The notes beneath the pieces were generated by a model. It did no database searches and was not told the origin of the DNA. It was given only the letters and a program-made list of their open reading frames with translations. Position numbers and translations under genes: made by a program. DNA of 64,000 nt, taken from Tabrizicola sp. (GTDB lineage Bacteria > Pseudomonadota > Alphaproteobacteria > Rhodobacterales > Rhodobacteraceae). Below, piece by piece: positions 16,934-26,419 of the stretch (its first letter is position 1; the number at the start of each line of letters is the position of its first letter). Where the stretch lies: positions 21,712 through 85,711 of the forward strand of contig JALOTD010000007.1 in NCBI GenBank assembly GCA_025458105.1, given 5' to 3'.

Positions 16934-17497
16934 GCGGTCTTCTCCGGGTAAAGGCACCAGTCCCGGATCGGGCAGATGCCGCATTTGGGTTTGCGCGCGA
17001 CGCAGATATACCGGCCATGCAGGATTGCCTGGGCAGATGCCGGTCCGGTTGCCGACGCGGAAGATGTGGGTGTCGACGGCCTGGGCCGGGTGGTGGAACC
17101 ACATCGAAAGGACCACGTTCGCAGTCTTCCTTCCCACGCCGGGGAGTGTCACGAGAGCGGCGCGGGAGCTTGGGACCTCGCCCCCGAAATTCTCGATCAG
17201 CAGGCGGGACAGCTTGATGACGTTCTTCGCCTTGTTGCGGAACAGGCCGATGGTCTTGATATGCTCGATCAGGCCCTCTTCGCCCAAGGCCAGCATCTTC
17301 TCCGGCGTGTCGGCGATCTGGAACAGCTTTCGCGTCGCCTTGTTCACGCCCACGTCGGTCGCCTGCGCCGACAGCGCCACGGCGACCAGAAGGGTGAAGG
17401 CGTTCACATGCTCTAGTTCGCCCTTGGGTTCAGGCTCGATCTCGGCAAAGCGCGCAAAGATCTGTTTCAGTATGGCATAGGGAAGTTGCGGGGTCAT
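16930..17497 (-). pseudogene. nth: endonuclease III (nth) with internal deletion and frameshift
   Basis: The N-terminal 146 aa are typical Nth (LLVAVALSAQATD, LPGVGRKTANVVL, VDTHIFRVGNRTG). The [4Fe-4S] tail [31 protein letters not shown]-stop is present but in another frame. About 25-28 conserved residues between them are missing. Confidence 0.7.
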
Positions 17498-17545
17498 GCC
17501 GCCCTTTTGCCAGCGCAGGGCCAGCCGCGCAACGGGACTTGACGG

Positions 17546-17926
17546 TCAGGGCGGCGGCAAGTCCGGATCCTGTTCGCAACGCGCCAACGGAATCTCGATC
17601 AGGCTCTTGATCGACAGAACGTTGTCATACTGACCACCGTTTACGTCGAACTCGCCTTCTGCGCAGGCGCAACTGTAGCCGTACCGCTGAGTCGGCTGTC
17701 CGGCATAGTCAATGCGAAGACGGTCGTCAAAGGCCTGGGTATAGGCGTCCTCGAACCCCGGCACAGGGGGACCGCCTTGCATGGAAATCCACCACTGGCC
17801 ATCGGCATCCTCAAGGATGACATTGGCGGGTGTGGGGTTGTGATACCAGCCGCAGCGGGTTTCGGTCTTGGCGGCAGCCGGCACGGCAGCGACCAAACTT
17901 ACGGCGACAAGCGTAAAGCGAAGCAT
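17546..17926 (-). CDS. DUF4087-like small secreted protein
   Basis: Only the last 126 aa of the 427-aa track ORF look real: signal peptide MLRFTLVAVSLVAAVPAAA, then CGWYHNPTPANVILEDADGQWWIS. Confidence 0.65.
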   Translation of the reverse strand: MLRFTLVAVSLVAAVPAAAKTETRCGWYHNPTPANVILEDADGQWWISMQGGPPVPGFEDAYTQAFDDRLRIDYAGQPTQRYGYSCACAEGEFDVNGGQYDNVLSIKSLIEIPLARCEQDPDLPPP

Positions 17927-18058
17927 CGGAACCTCTTCGATCTCGTGTTCGCAAAAGATCATGGGCCAGTCCATAGACCAAGGTCGGAAAACCGGATGCG
18001 CAGGAAGCGGGTCGCGAGCCCCTTTGACGGTCGCTATGGTTCGGGCAAGGAGTGACCC

Positions 18059-18889
18059 ATGACCGACCAATCCCCCGCCTACCACTATCAGGTGATCGCC
18101 CGCGCCCTGCAGGTGATCGACGCCGAAGGTCCGACGCTGACCCTGGAAGCCCTGGCGCAGCGCATGAACATGAGTCCGGCGCATTTCCAGCGGGTCTTCA
18201 GCCAATGGGTTGGCGTCAGCCCCAAGCGGTATCAGCAGTATCTGACGCTGGGCCATGCGCGGCGGCTGTTGGCCGAGCGGCACACAATGCTGGGGACCGC
18301 GCTTGAGACCGGGCTGTCCGGTACAGGCCGCCTGCATGACCTGTTCCTGACCTGGGAGGCGATGTCGCCCGGCGACTTTGCACGTGGCGGCGCGGGGCTG
18401 GAGATCCGCTGGGGCTGGTTCGAAAGCCCCTTCGGTCCGGCCCTGGTGATGGCGACTGACCGGGGCATCTGCGGCATGGGCTTTGCCGACGAGGTGGGGG
18501 CCGAGGCCGCGCTGGAGGACCTGACACGCCGCTGGCCCAAGGCAGCTTACGTCGAGGACCCCATGGCGATCAGGCCCTTGGTGGACGCAGCTTTCGGCGG
18601 GCAGGCGACCAGCCTGCACCTGATTGGCGCGCCGTTCCAGATCAAGGTCTGGGAGGCGCTGCTCGCCATCCCCTCGGGCCATGTCACGACCTATGCCGAT
18701 ATCGCGGGCGCCATCGGCCACCCCCAGGCCCATCGCGCTGTGGGCACGGCCGTGGGACGCAATCCGATCAGTTTCCTGATCCCCTGCCACCGGGCACTGC
18801 GCCGCGACGGGGGCCTCGGCGGCTATCACTGGGGTTTGTCCCGCAAACGCGCGATGCTGGCCTGGGAGGCCGCACGCACAGACATGTGA
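18059..18889 (+). CDS. AraC-HTH / methylated-DNA-protein-cysteine methyltransferase fusion (Ada-like)
   Basis: The N-terminus has an AraC-type HTH (LEALAQRMNMSPAHFQRVFSQWVGVSPKRY). The C-terminus is an MGMT domain with the active-site IPCHRA. Confidence 0.85.
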   Translation: MTDQSPAYHYQVIARALQVIDAEGPTLTLEALAQRMNMSPAHFQRVFSQWVGVSPKRYQQYLTLGHARRLLAERHTMLGTALETGLSGTGRLHDLFLTWEAMSPGDFARGGAGLEIRWGWFESPFGPALVMATDRGICGMGFADEVGAEAALEDLTRRWPKAAYVEDPMAIRPLVDAAFGGQATSLHLIGAPFQIKVWEALLAIPSGHVTTYADIAGAIGHPQAHRAVGTAVGRNPISFLIPCHRALRRDGGLGGYHWGLSRKRAMLAWEAARTDM

Positions 18890-19003
18890 TGCGCGGAACC
18901 CTGCCGACGATGCAGGGAACCGGCTGCCTCGACGCCGCGTTGATATAGTGTGGCGAGCGCAACCAACGTGCCCGAACGGGCAAACCTACGAGGCGAGAGC
19001 GAC

Positions 19004-19660
19004 ATGATGATGAAGACCCCGATGATCCTGGCCGTGGCCAGCACCATGGCCCTGACGGCCTGTGTGGACCCCAACGCCTATCCGGATGACCCGAATGCCC
19101 GTCAGCGCCAAGGCGCTATCATTGGCGGCCTGGTTGGTGCCGTGACAGGCGCGGCCGTTTCGGGCGACGGGGACGAGCTGAAGGGCGCCATCGTTGGCGG
19201 AGCCGTGGGTGCGGGCGCGGGTGCGCTGATCGGCGCGGACCTTGACCGTCAGGCAGCAGAACTGCGGGGATCGCTGAATTCCAACATCTCGGTGACCAAC
19301 ACCGGGGACTTCCTGATCGTGAACATGCCGCAAGACCTGTTGTTTGCCACCGACAGCGCTGCGGTCCGCCCGGACCTGCGCCGCGACCTGAACGCGGTCG
19401 CCGCGAGCCTGTTGAAATATCCCAACAGCCGGATCGAGGTGATTGGCCATACCGACAATACCGGGTCGGCGGCCTATAACCAGGACCTGTCGCAGCGCCG
19501 CGCCGTTTCGGTCGCTTCGGTCCTGCGCGAAAGCGGCGTGCCATCAGGCCGGATCGCAGCCTTCGGGCGCGGCGAAGACCAGCCCATCGCGTCGAACCTG
19601 ACCCCCGAAGGCCGCGCGCAGAACCGTCGGGTCGAGATCATCATCCGTCCGACCCGCTGA
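19004..19660 (+). CDS. OmpA-family lipoprotein with glycine-zipper segment
   Basis: MMMKTPMILAVASTMALTAC lipobox, a GxxxG-rich stretch, and the OmpA_C motif VIGHTDNTGSAAYNQDLSQRRA..NRRVEI. Confidence 0.85.
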   Translation: MMMKTPMILAVASTMALTACVDPNAYPDDPNARQRQGAIIGGLVGAVTGAAVSGDGDELKGAIVGGAVGAGAGALIGADLDRQAAELRGSLNSNISVTNTGDFLIVNMPQDLLFATDSAAVRPDLRRDLNAVAASLLKYPNSRIEVIGHTDNTGSAAYNQDLSQRRAVSVASVLRESGVPSGRIAAFGRGEDQPIASNLTPEGRAQNRRVEIIIRPTR

Positions 19661-19680
19661 GAGGTCGCGGCATTTGCGAA

Positions 19681-19707
19681 GGGCCGGGCAACCCCCGGCC
19701 CTTTTTT
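19681..19707 (+). terminator. rho-independent terminator after the OmpA-family gene
   Basis: GGGCCGGG-CAACC-CCCGGCCC followed by TTTTTT. Confidence 0.8.
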
Positions 19708-19761
19708 CATTGTGAATTCCGCGAACCGGTCATAATTTCCGACCAATCATCGGGATTCATC

Positions 19762-20529
19762 ATGCCCTTCCTCAAGGTTACTCCGGAAAAGCTGTCTCAG
19801 TCCGTGGTTCGCCAGATCGAACAGCTGATCCTGCGCGGGATCCTGCGTCCGGGAGAGCGGTTGCCGTCGGAACGCGACATGGCCGACAAGCTGGGGGTCT
19901 CGCGCCCCTCGCTGCGCGACGCGATCGGCGAACTGGCCGAGCGCGGGCTGCTGATCAGCCGGGCGGGCTCGGGCGTCTTTGTGGCCGATGTTCTGGGGTC
20001 GGCCTTCTCGCCCGCCTTGACGCAACTTTTTGCCACGCATGAAGAAGCGGTCTTCGACTACATCGCCTTTCGGCGCGACATGGAGGGGCTGGCGGCCGAG
20101 CGCGCGGCACGATTCGGGTCGGAAACCGACCTGCGCGTGGTGGACACGATCTTTCGCAAGATGGAGGCCGCGCACCAGAAACGCGACCCCACGGACGAAG
20201 CGCAGCTGGACGCCGAGTTTCACATGGCGATCATCGAAGCCAGCCACAACGTGATCATGCTGCACATGCTGCGGTCGATGTTCGACCTTCTGCGGCAGGG
20301 CGTGTTCTACAACCGGCAGGTCATGTTCCGGAACCGGATGACGCGTGACCATCTCCTGGACCAGCATCGCGCGATGAACGAGGCCGTCCAGGCGCGCGAC
20401 CCCGTGGCGGCGCGGGCGGCAGTAGAGGCACATCTGACCTTTGTTGAACAGGCCTTCATCGACCAGATGCGCGCGGAAAAGAACGAGACCATCGCCCGCC
20501 AGCGGCTAGAGCACGAAGCAAGCCGGTAG
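19762..20529 (+). CDS. GntR/FadR-subfamily transcriptional regulator (PdhR/LldR-like)
   Basis: VVRQIEQLILRGILRPGERLPSERDMADKLGVSRPSLRDAIGELAERGLL, followed by an FCD-type helical C-terminal domain. Confidence 0.85.
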   Translation: MPFLKVTPEKLSQSVVRQIEQLILRGILRPGERLPSERDMADKLGVSRPSLRDAIGELAERGLLISRAGSGVFVADVLGSAFSPALTQLFATHEEAVFDYIAFRRDMEGLAAERAARFGSETDLRVVDTIFRKMEAAHQKRDPTDEAQLDAEFHMAIIEASHNVIMLHMLRSMFDLLRQGVFYNRQVMFRNRMTRDHLLDQHRAMNEAVQARDPVAARAAVEAHLTFVEQAFIDQMRAEKNETIARQRLEHEASR

Positions 20530-20530
20530 G

Positions 20531-20598
20531 GCGGAGTTTTCGAAAACTCCGCATCGGAGCCTTCAAAGGCTCCGGTCCGATTTCTTTGAAGAAATCGG
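20531..20598. repeat. three tandem perfect or near-perfect palindromes
   Basis: GCGGAGTTTTCGAAAACTCCGC (20531-20552), CGGAGCCTTCAAAGGCTCCG (20555-20574) and CCGATTTCTTTGAAGAAATCGG (20577-20598). Together they fill the spacer between the convergent gntR-like and trxB genes. Confidence 0.8.
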
Positions 20599-20605
20599 CG
20601 CTTCT

Positions 20606-21670
<1,065 letters not shown>

Positions 21671-21722
21671 TTATTGCGCAATCCAGCCACGCCGCGTAAG
21701 TAAGTCAGCGAACGGAGGACCT

Positions 21723-22223
21723 ATGGCCGGACACAAGCTCGACCCGATTGACCGACAGATTCTGGCTGAACTGCAGGCCGATGGCCGCATGACCAATGTA
21801 GAGCTGGCCAGCCGGGTCGGCATCTCGGCGCCACCCTGCCTGCGCCGGGTGCGTGGCCTGGAAGAGGCCGGATATATCCGTGGCTATCACGCCGACATCG
21901 ACGCCCGCGAACTGGGGTTCGAGGTGCAGGTCTTCGCGATGGTGCGGCTGAACAGTCAGGCCGAGGCGGACCTGTCGGCGTTTGAGGCCCGCTGCAAGGC
22001 CTGGCCGCTCGTGCGCGAATGTCACATGCTGAACGGTGAGATCGACTTCATCCTGAAGTGCGTCGCGCCGGACCTGTCAAGTTTCCAGAGTTTTCTGACC
22101 GAGCAACTGCTCAAGGCCGATCATGTGGCAAATGTGAAGACCAGTCTGGTCATTCGCTGCACCAAGGACGAACCGGGCCTGCCGTTCGACGTGCTGGAGG
22201 CCCGGCTGGCGAAGCAGGCTTAG
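21723..22223 (+). CDS. lrp: Lrp/AsnC-family transcriptional regulator
   Basis: LDPIDRQILAELQADGRMTNVELASRVGISAPPCLRRVRGLEEAGYIRGY, followed by the C-terminal AsnC ligand domain. Confidence 0.9.
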   Translation: MAGHKLDPIDRQILAELQADGRMTNVELASRVGISAPPCLRRVRGLEEAGYIRGYHADIDARELGFEVQVFAMVRLNSQAEADLSAFEARCKAWPLVRECHMLNGEIDFILKCVAPDLSSFQSFLTEQLLKADHVANVKTSLVIRCTKDEPGLPFDVLEARLAKQA

Positions 22224-22432
22224 CGGGCGGCGTCGGCCAGTGGGCGGGTTGCTGCCTTGAGACGCATTGCGAAACCCTTCTGGCCCGGGTTCAGCTTCCG
22301 AACCGAGTGCTGGCGAACGGTGACACGCGCGGCGACGCGGGCATCAGGACCTTCGGCCACAGCTTCCAGCACCGACACGATCCAGCGGCGCTTGGTTTTC
22401 ATCTCGATCATCATGGCAAACCCCATTTGCAT
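22220..22432 (-). CDS. hypothetical small basic protein (70 aa)
   Basis: The only frame here with coding-like codon usage. No family recognised. Its stop overlaps the lrp stop. Confidence 0.3.
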   Translation of the reverse strand: MQMGFAMMIEMKTKRRWIVSVLEAVAEGPDARVAARVTVRQHSVRKLNPGQKGFAMRLKAATRPLADAAR

Positions 22433-22527
22433 GCCTTCGCTGAGTGTAAGGAATGTCTGGGGAATACGGCGCGCGTTGGGAAAAGTTGCGCTGCAAACGG
22501 TGCATTTTCATGCCCCTTCTCGCCGCA

Positions 22528-23286
22528 TTACAGCCTTATTGCGGAAATGAGGCGGCCGTAGTCGGCCTCTCCGGCATGGGTCGTGCGGCGGAAGGAATAG
22601 AAGCGGCTGGCATCGCGGTAGGTGCAGTGGCCCGTCCATTCGGCCTGCGCCACGCCCGCCATCCGCAACCGGTGCAGGCCATATCCCGGCAGATCGAACA
22701 GCAGGCGATCCCCGGTTCCATTCACGAAAAATCGCGTACTTTCCGGGTCTTCATCCCTGAAGCGGTCAAAGAACTCGGGGCCGACCTCATAAGCGGCCTG
22801 GCTGATCGTCGGGCCGATGGCGGCATGGATGTTTCGGCGCGATGCACCCAACGCCTCCATCGCATCGAGGGTTGCTTCCAGCACGCCATCCACCGACCCG
22901 CGCCATCCGGCATGGGCAGCCCCGATAACACCTGCGGCGGAATCGTGAAACAGGACTGGCTGGCAGTCGGCGGTCAGCACCGCAAGCAGGATTCCAGGCG
23001 CGGCCGTCACCAGGCCATCTGCCTGGGGCCGGTCGGTCAACGGACCGGTCACGGGAATCACCCGCGCCGAATGGACCTGATGGATCGTGACCAGCGCCTC
23101 GGGTCCGACGTCCATCGCGTTGGCCACGCGCGCGCGGTTGATCGCCACGATCTCGGCCTGGTCCGAGGACCCCGTGCCGCAGTTCAGCCCGGCGAAGATG
23201 CCCGATGAGGCCCCGCCCTTGCGGGTGAAGAAGCCGTGCCGCGCGGCAAGCGCGTCAGATGTGATGATTTCCAGCGTCGAGGGCAT
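22528..23286 (-). CDS. pgeF: peptidoglycan editing factor PgeF (YfiH / laccase-domain family)
   Basis: HGFFTRKGG.S.G.....N.., IHQVHS, LTADCQPVL, GAAHAGWRG and FYSFRR. Confidence 0.88.
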   Translation of the reverse strand: MPSTLEIITSDALAARHGFFTRKGGASSGIFAGLNCGTGSSDQAEIVAINRARVANAMDVGPEALVTIHQVHSARVIPVTGPLTDRPQADGLVTAAPGILLAVLTADCQPVLFHDSAAGVIGAAHAGWRGSVDGVLEATLDAMEALGASRRNIHAAIGPTISQAAYEVGPEFFDRFRDEDPESTRFFVNGTGDRLLFDLPGYGLHRLRMAGVAQAEWTGHCTYRDASRFYSFRRTTHAGEADYGRLISAIRL

Positions 23287-24341
23287 CAGGGGGCAAATCC
23301 CGGCGGCAAGGGCGCACCGGCGCGGGTCAGCGCCAGCATCTTGAACAACGAACCCATTTCCTGCGGCCCGGTCAAGCGGCCAAGCGCGGCCAGGTGATTG
23401 TCCAGCGCCGGGCTGGCCAGTCCACGCGCCAGCCGGTCTGCCCGCGCTTCGATTCCCAGCCGCCGCAGGACCGCGCCTTGCGTGTCATAGGCCTGTGCCG
23501 GGGCGAGCGCGGCCAGGGGTTCGAAATCGACATGGGCTGTCAGGTCGGCCTGTCCCGGGTGCGCCAGCGGGTCGTCGAAAGCATGCTGACACAGGGCTTG
23601 CAGTGTATCGCCCCGCGACCGCCAGCCTCCGTAATCGATGAACAAGGCAAGCCCCCCAAACCGCAGGATCGGGACAAGTGCGGCGGCAACGGCGGATTGT
23701 GCAGGGGCGGAATGTTCCACCAGATCGCCGGGCCGGGCGGTCCGAAATGCCGGAGTGTCCGGCACCTGTGGCAAAGGTGCAGAGAGACCAAAAGCCAAGG
23801 CCCCATCGGCCAGACCGACCAGCCTTTCACGCCAGCCTTCGGGCGACAGCAGGAACTGCCGGATCGGCAGCGCGTCTAGGAATTCGTTCGCGACAAGGAA
23901 GGTCGGACAGTCGGGCAGATCCTCGACCCCGTCCAGCCATAGGGGCTGGTGCGGCGCAAGGGTCCGGGCCTGCACATCGCGCAGGCGGGGCGAGGCTTCG
24001 ACCAGCACCACTTGCGCGGCAGCATGAAAGCCCGGCACAGCACGGGTCGCGCGCAGGGCATCGGCCATCAGCGTGCCACGACCCGGGCCAAGCTCGGCCA
24101 GAGTGAAGGGGGACGGCGCGCCCTGGTCCAGCCAGGCCTGCGCGAGGGCCAAGCCCAGAAGCTCGCCGAACATCTGGCTGATCTCCGGCGCTGTGGTGAA
24201 GTCGCCCGCAGCGCCAAAGGGCTCACGCGTGGTGTAATAGCCGTGGACGGGGTGCAACAGGCATTCGGCCATGTAGTCGGCGACTGTGATCGGCCCGTCT
24301 TCGCGGATACGCTCGCAGAGCAACTGCGCCAGCGGCGTCAT
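23286..24341 (-). CDS. class I SAM-dependent methyltransferase, DUF185 / NDUFAF7 (MidA) family
   Basis: Start at MTPLAQ (ATGA overlap with the lgt stop). [54 protein letters not shown]. Confidence 0.85.
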   Translation of the reverse strand: MTPLAQLLCERIREDGPITVADYMAECLLHPVHGYYTTREPFGAAGDFTTAPEISQMFGELLGLALAQAWLDQGAPSPFTLAELGPGRGTLMADALRATRAVPGFHAAAQVVLVEASPRLRDVQARTLAPHQPLWLDGVEDLPDCPTFLVANEFLDALPIRQFLLSPEGWRERLVGLADGALAFGLSAPLPQVPDTPAFRTARPGDLVEHSAPAQSAVAAALVPILRFGGLALFIDYGGWRSRGDTLQALCQHAFDDPLAHPGQADLTAHVDFEPLAALAPAQAYDTQGAVLRRLGIEARADRLARGLASPALDNHLAALGRLTGPQEMGSLFKMLALTRAGAPLPPGFAP

Positions 24342-25207
24342 GCGCGCCTTGCGTGGATCAGGAACCACAGGCCTGCGGCGATCATCGGCAGCGACAGAAG
24401 CTGGCCCATGGTCAGCCCGTAGTTGCCCAACTGTACCGCCCAACCGACCGGATTGCCGGAAGAGACGAATTGCGCGTCGGGCTGGCGGACGAATTCGACC
24501 AAAAAGCGGGCAATACCATATCCGGCCAGAAACAGCCCCATCAGCGCGCCCGGCCGCTGGAACCAGCCACGCCGGAAGGCAAGCCAGGTCAGCACGACGG
24601 CCAAAAGCAACCCCTCCAGTGCGGCCTGATACAACTGGCTGGGATGGCGCGCGCAAGCCTCGGTCGCCGTGGCGCAGGCCTGTGCGGCCGCGCCGGGGAA
24701 GATCACGCCCCAGGGCAGGTCAGTCGGGCGACCCCAAAGCTCGGCATTCACAAAGTTCGACAGGCGGCCTAGGCCAAGGCCAACCGGGACCGCGATGGCC
24801 AAAAGGTCACCCATGGACAGCATCGCGATCTTCTCGCGCCGGCAAAACCAGATCGCCGCCACGACCACCCCGGCAAAGCCACCGTGAAAGGCCATGCCGC
24901 CTTCGTTGATCAGCGGAATGCGCCAGGGTTCGGCCAGGTAGACACCGGGCTCGTAGAAGATCACATAGCCCAGCCGCCCGCCGATGATGATGCCGACAAC
25001 CGCCCAGGTGAAAAAGCGTTCGACCTGTTCGGCCGTCAGCGGCGGGTCTCCGGCCCAAAGCCTGGGCGTCCGGATGGCGCGCAGGATGATCCACCAGCCG
25101 AAGAGGATGCCGACGATATAGGCTAGGGCATACCAGCGCAGACCATACTCGGTGCCGTTGATTTCGACCGAAAACAGAAAGGGCGAGATGTCGGGAAAGG
25201 GGATCAT
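24338..25207 (-). CDS. lgt: prolipoprotein diacylglyceryl transferase
   Basis: [18 protein letters not shown].., GGRLGYV and HGGFAG, in a polytopic protein of 289 aa. Confidence 0.92.
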   Translation of the reverse strand: MIPFPDISPFLFSVEINGTEYGLRWYALAYIVGILFGWWIILRAIRTPRLWAGDPPLTAEQVERFFTWAVVGIIIGGRLGYVIFYEPGVYLAEPWRIPLINEGGMAFHGGFAGVVVAAIWFCRREKIAMLSMGDLLAIAVPVGLGLGRLSNFVNAELWGRPTDLPWGVIFPGAAAQACATATEACARHPSQLYQAALEGLLLAVVLTWLAFRRGWFQRPGALMGLFLAGYGIARFLVEFVRQPDAQFVSSGNPVGWAVQLGNYGLTMGQLLSLPMIAAGLWFLIHARRA

Positions 25208-25325
25208 GCGGGCCTCCTGCCGCGCTTGTCGCGGGGTGGGCGGGCGAAGTCAACCGGCGGCGCTTCGTCGCCTTGCCCTGAGGACCCGGCGGGGCCATAT
25301 AGGGCAGAAGCGCAGGAGGGGACAC

Positions 25326-25580
25326 ATGCAGACCCGCAACAAGTTCTTCGACGACATGAGCCAGCTCATGACCAATGCAATGGGCGTGGCCCAGGGCGCC
25401 AAGACCGAGGCCGAGACGGCGATGCGCAGCTTCATCGACCGCTGGATGGCCGACCGCGATTTCGTGACGCGTGAAGAGTTCGATGCCGCCCGGGCGATGG
25501 CGCAGAAAGCACGTGAGGAGAACGCGGCACTTGAGGCCCGCATCGCGGCGCTTGAGGCCGCGCTGGCGAAGAAAAAGTGA
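25326..25580 (+). CDS. ubiK: UbiK/YqiC-family accessory factor
   Basis: MQTRNKFFDDMSQLMTNAMGVAQGAKTEAE.., followed by a C-terminal coiled coil REEFDAARAMAQKAREENAALEARIAALE. Confidence 0.85.
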   Translation: MQTRNKFFDDMSQLMTNAMGVAQGAKTEAETAMRSFIDRWMADRDFVTREEFDAARAMAQKAREENAALEARIAALEAALAKKK

Positions 25581-25589
25581 TCTGACGCG

Positions 25590-25651
25590 TCGCTCGTCGA
25601 TGACTTCGTCAGTCCTCCCCGGCGACGAGACGACGAAGTCGTACGAGGAGC
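25590..25651. repeat. hairpin-forming intergenic repeat, copy A (second copy at 53779-53838)
   Basis: It shares CGCTCGTCGA[T/A]GACTTCGTCA and GACGAGACGACGAAGTC with copy B. GACTTCGTC and GACGAAGTC are inverted repeats. It lies between convergent genes. Confidence 0.75.
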
Positions 25652-25657
25652 GGCCCC

Positions 25658-26419
25658 TCAGGTACGGACCAGCCGGAACGCAGCCGAGGCCCCCCAGCCT
25701 GCCAATGCAGCCATGACCAGGGACAGAAGGCCGTAGATCAGCGGCTGTTCCTGCGCAAGATTGAAGATCCAGCGCTCCAGACCCTCTTTCCGGACGCCGA
25801 TCACCCGTTCCTGGCTGGCAATGACCCGTTTGTCACGCAGAAGGAAGAGGCGCACTTTGTACTCCCCTTCGGTCAGGTTCGCGGGCAGGATCACATCGGT
25901 CCGGAACAGGGTTTCCTCGGTCAGTTCGACCTTGCCCTGCAGTACACGGTAGCGGCCCTCGTTCGTGCGGACGCGAAGGAGGCCCAGCAGGAACTCGCCC
26001 GCCTGGTCAGCCTCATCCGTGATGCCCACGGCGCGGATCACACGTTCAATGGTGATGCCGTAGCGCAGGTTATCGGTGTCCGACAGGATGTGGTTCAGGG
26101 GACCGGTGGTCGCGACGGCGTAGAAGCTTGGCGCGCTGTCCACCGTGACCGAGGCGTTGTTGATCCAGATCCCCGCGACGCGCCCCTTGCGGCGGACGGT
26201 GACAGGGGTGGACGGCCCTTCGACCGTGACGATCACTTCAAGAGGCCCCTGCCCCTCCGGCGGCGGGGTGTCGCGCTTGACCGCGCCATAGATGAGGATC
26301 TCTGACCCGTCGAAATCGGCGGTGATCGAGACACGGTTCTGGCTCATCCCCGCAACGATCTGTTCCTGGGCCAGGCCCGGCCCGGACCAGAGCAGCAAAA
26401 GGGCAAGCGCGCGGATCAT
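25658..26419 (-). CDS. TIGR02186-family membrane-anchored protein
   Basis: Signal peptide, SITADFDGSEILIYGAV.., and a C-terminal TM helix. Its start overlaps the stop of the upstream TauE-family gene. The family call is from memory. Confidence 0.7.
   Translation of the reverse strand: MIRALALLLLWSGPGLAQEQIVAGMSQNRVSITADFDGSEILIYGAVKRDTPPPEGQGPLEVIVTVEGPSTPVTVRRKGRVAGIWINNASVTVDSAPSFYAVATTGPLNHILSDTDNLRYGITIERVIRAVGITDEADQAGEFLLGLLRVRTNEGRYRVLQGKVELTEETLFRTDVILPANLTEGEYKVRLFLLRDKRVIASQERVIGVRKEGLERWIFNLAQEQPLIYGLLSLVMAALAGWGASAAFRLVRT

Noticed and set aside
15950-17497. 515-aa ORF read as a genuine bifunctional Nth-adenosine kinase fusion protein
   Set aside because: The linker residues (ICPGNPAWPVYLRRAQTQMRHLPDPGLVPLPGEDR) are the out-of-frame reading of the Nth iron-sulfur tail. 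The original stop and the ATGA overlap with the kinase start are still visible, so the fusion is a by-product of a frameshifting deletion.
17927-18829. Upstream 300 codons of the 427-aa minus ORF 17546-18829
   Set aside because: It is antisense to the clear AraC-MGMT gene and has junk-like composition. Only the last 126 codons (signal peptide plus DUF4087-like domain) are credible.
22257-22550. 97-aa plus-strand ORF downstream of lrp
   Set aside because: It has poor codon usage and an odd composition. It overlaps the more coding-like minus-strand small ORF and the 3' end of pgeF.
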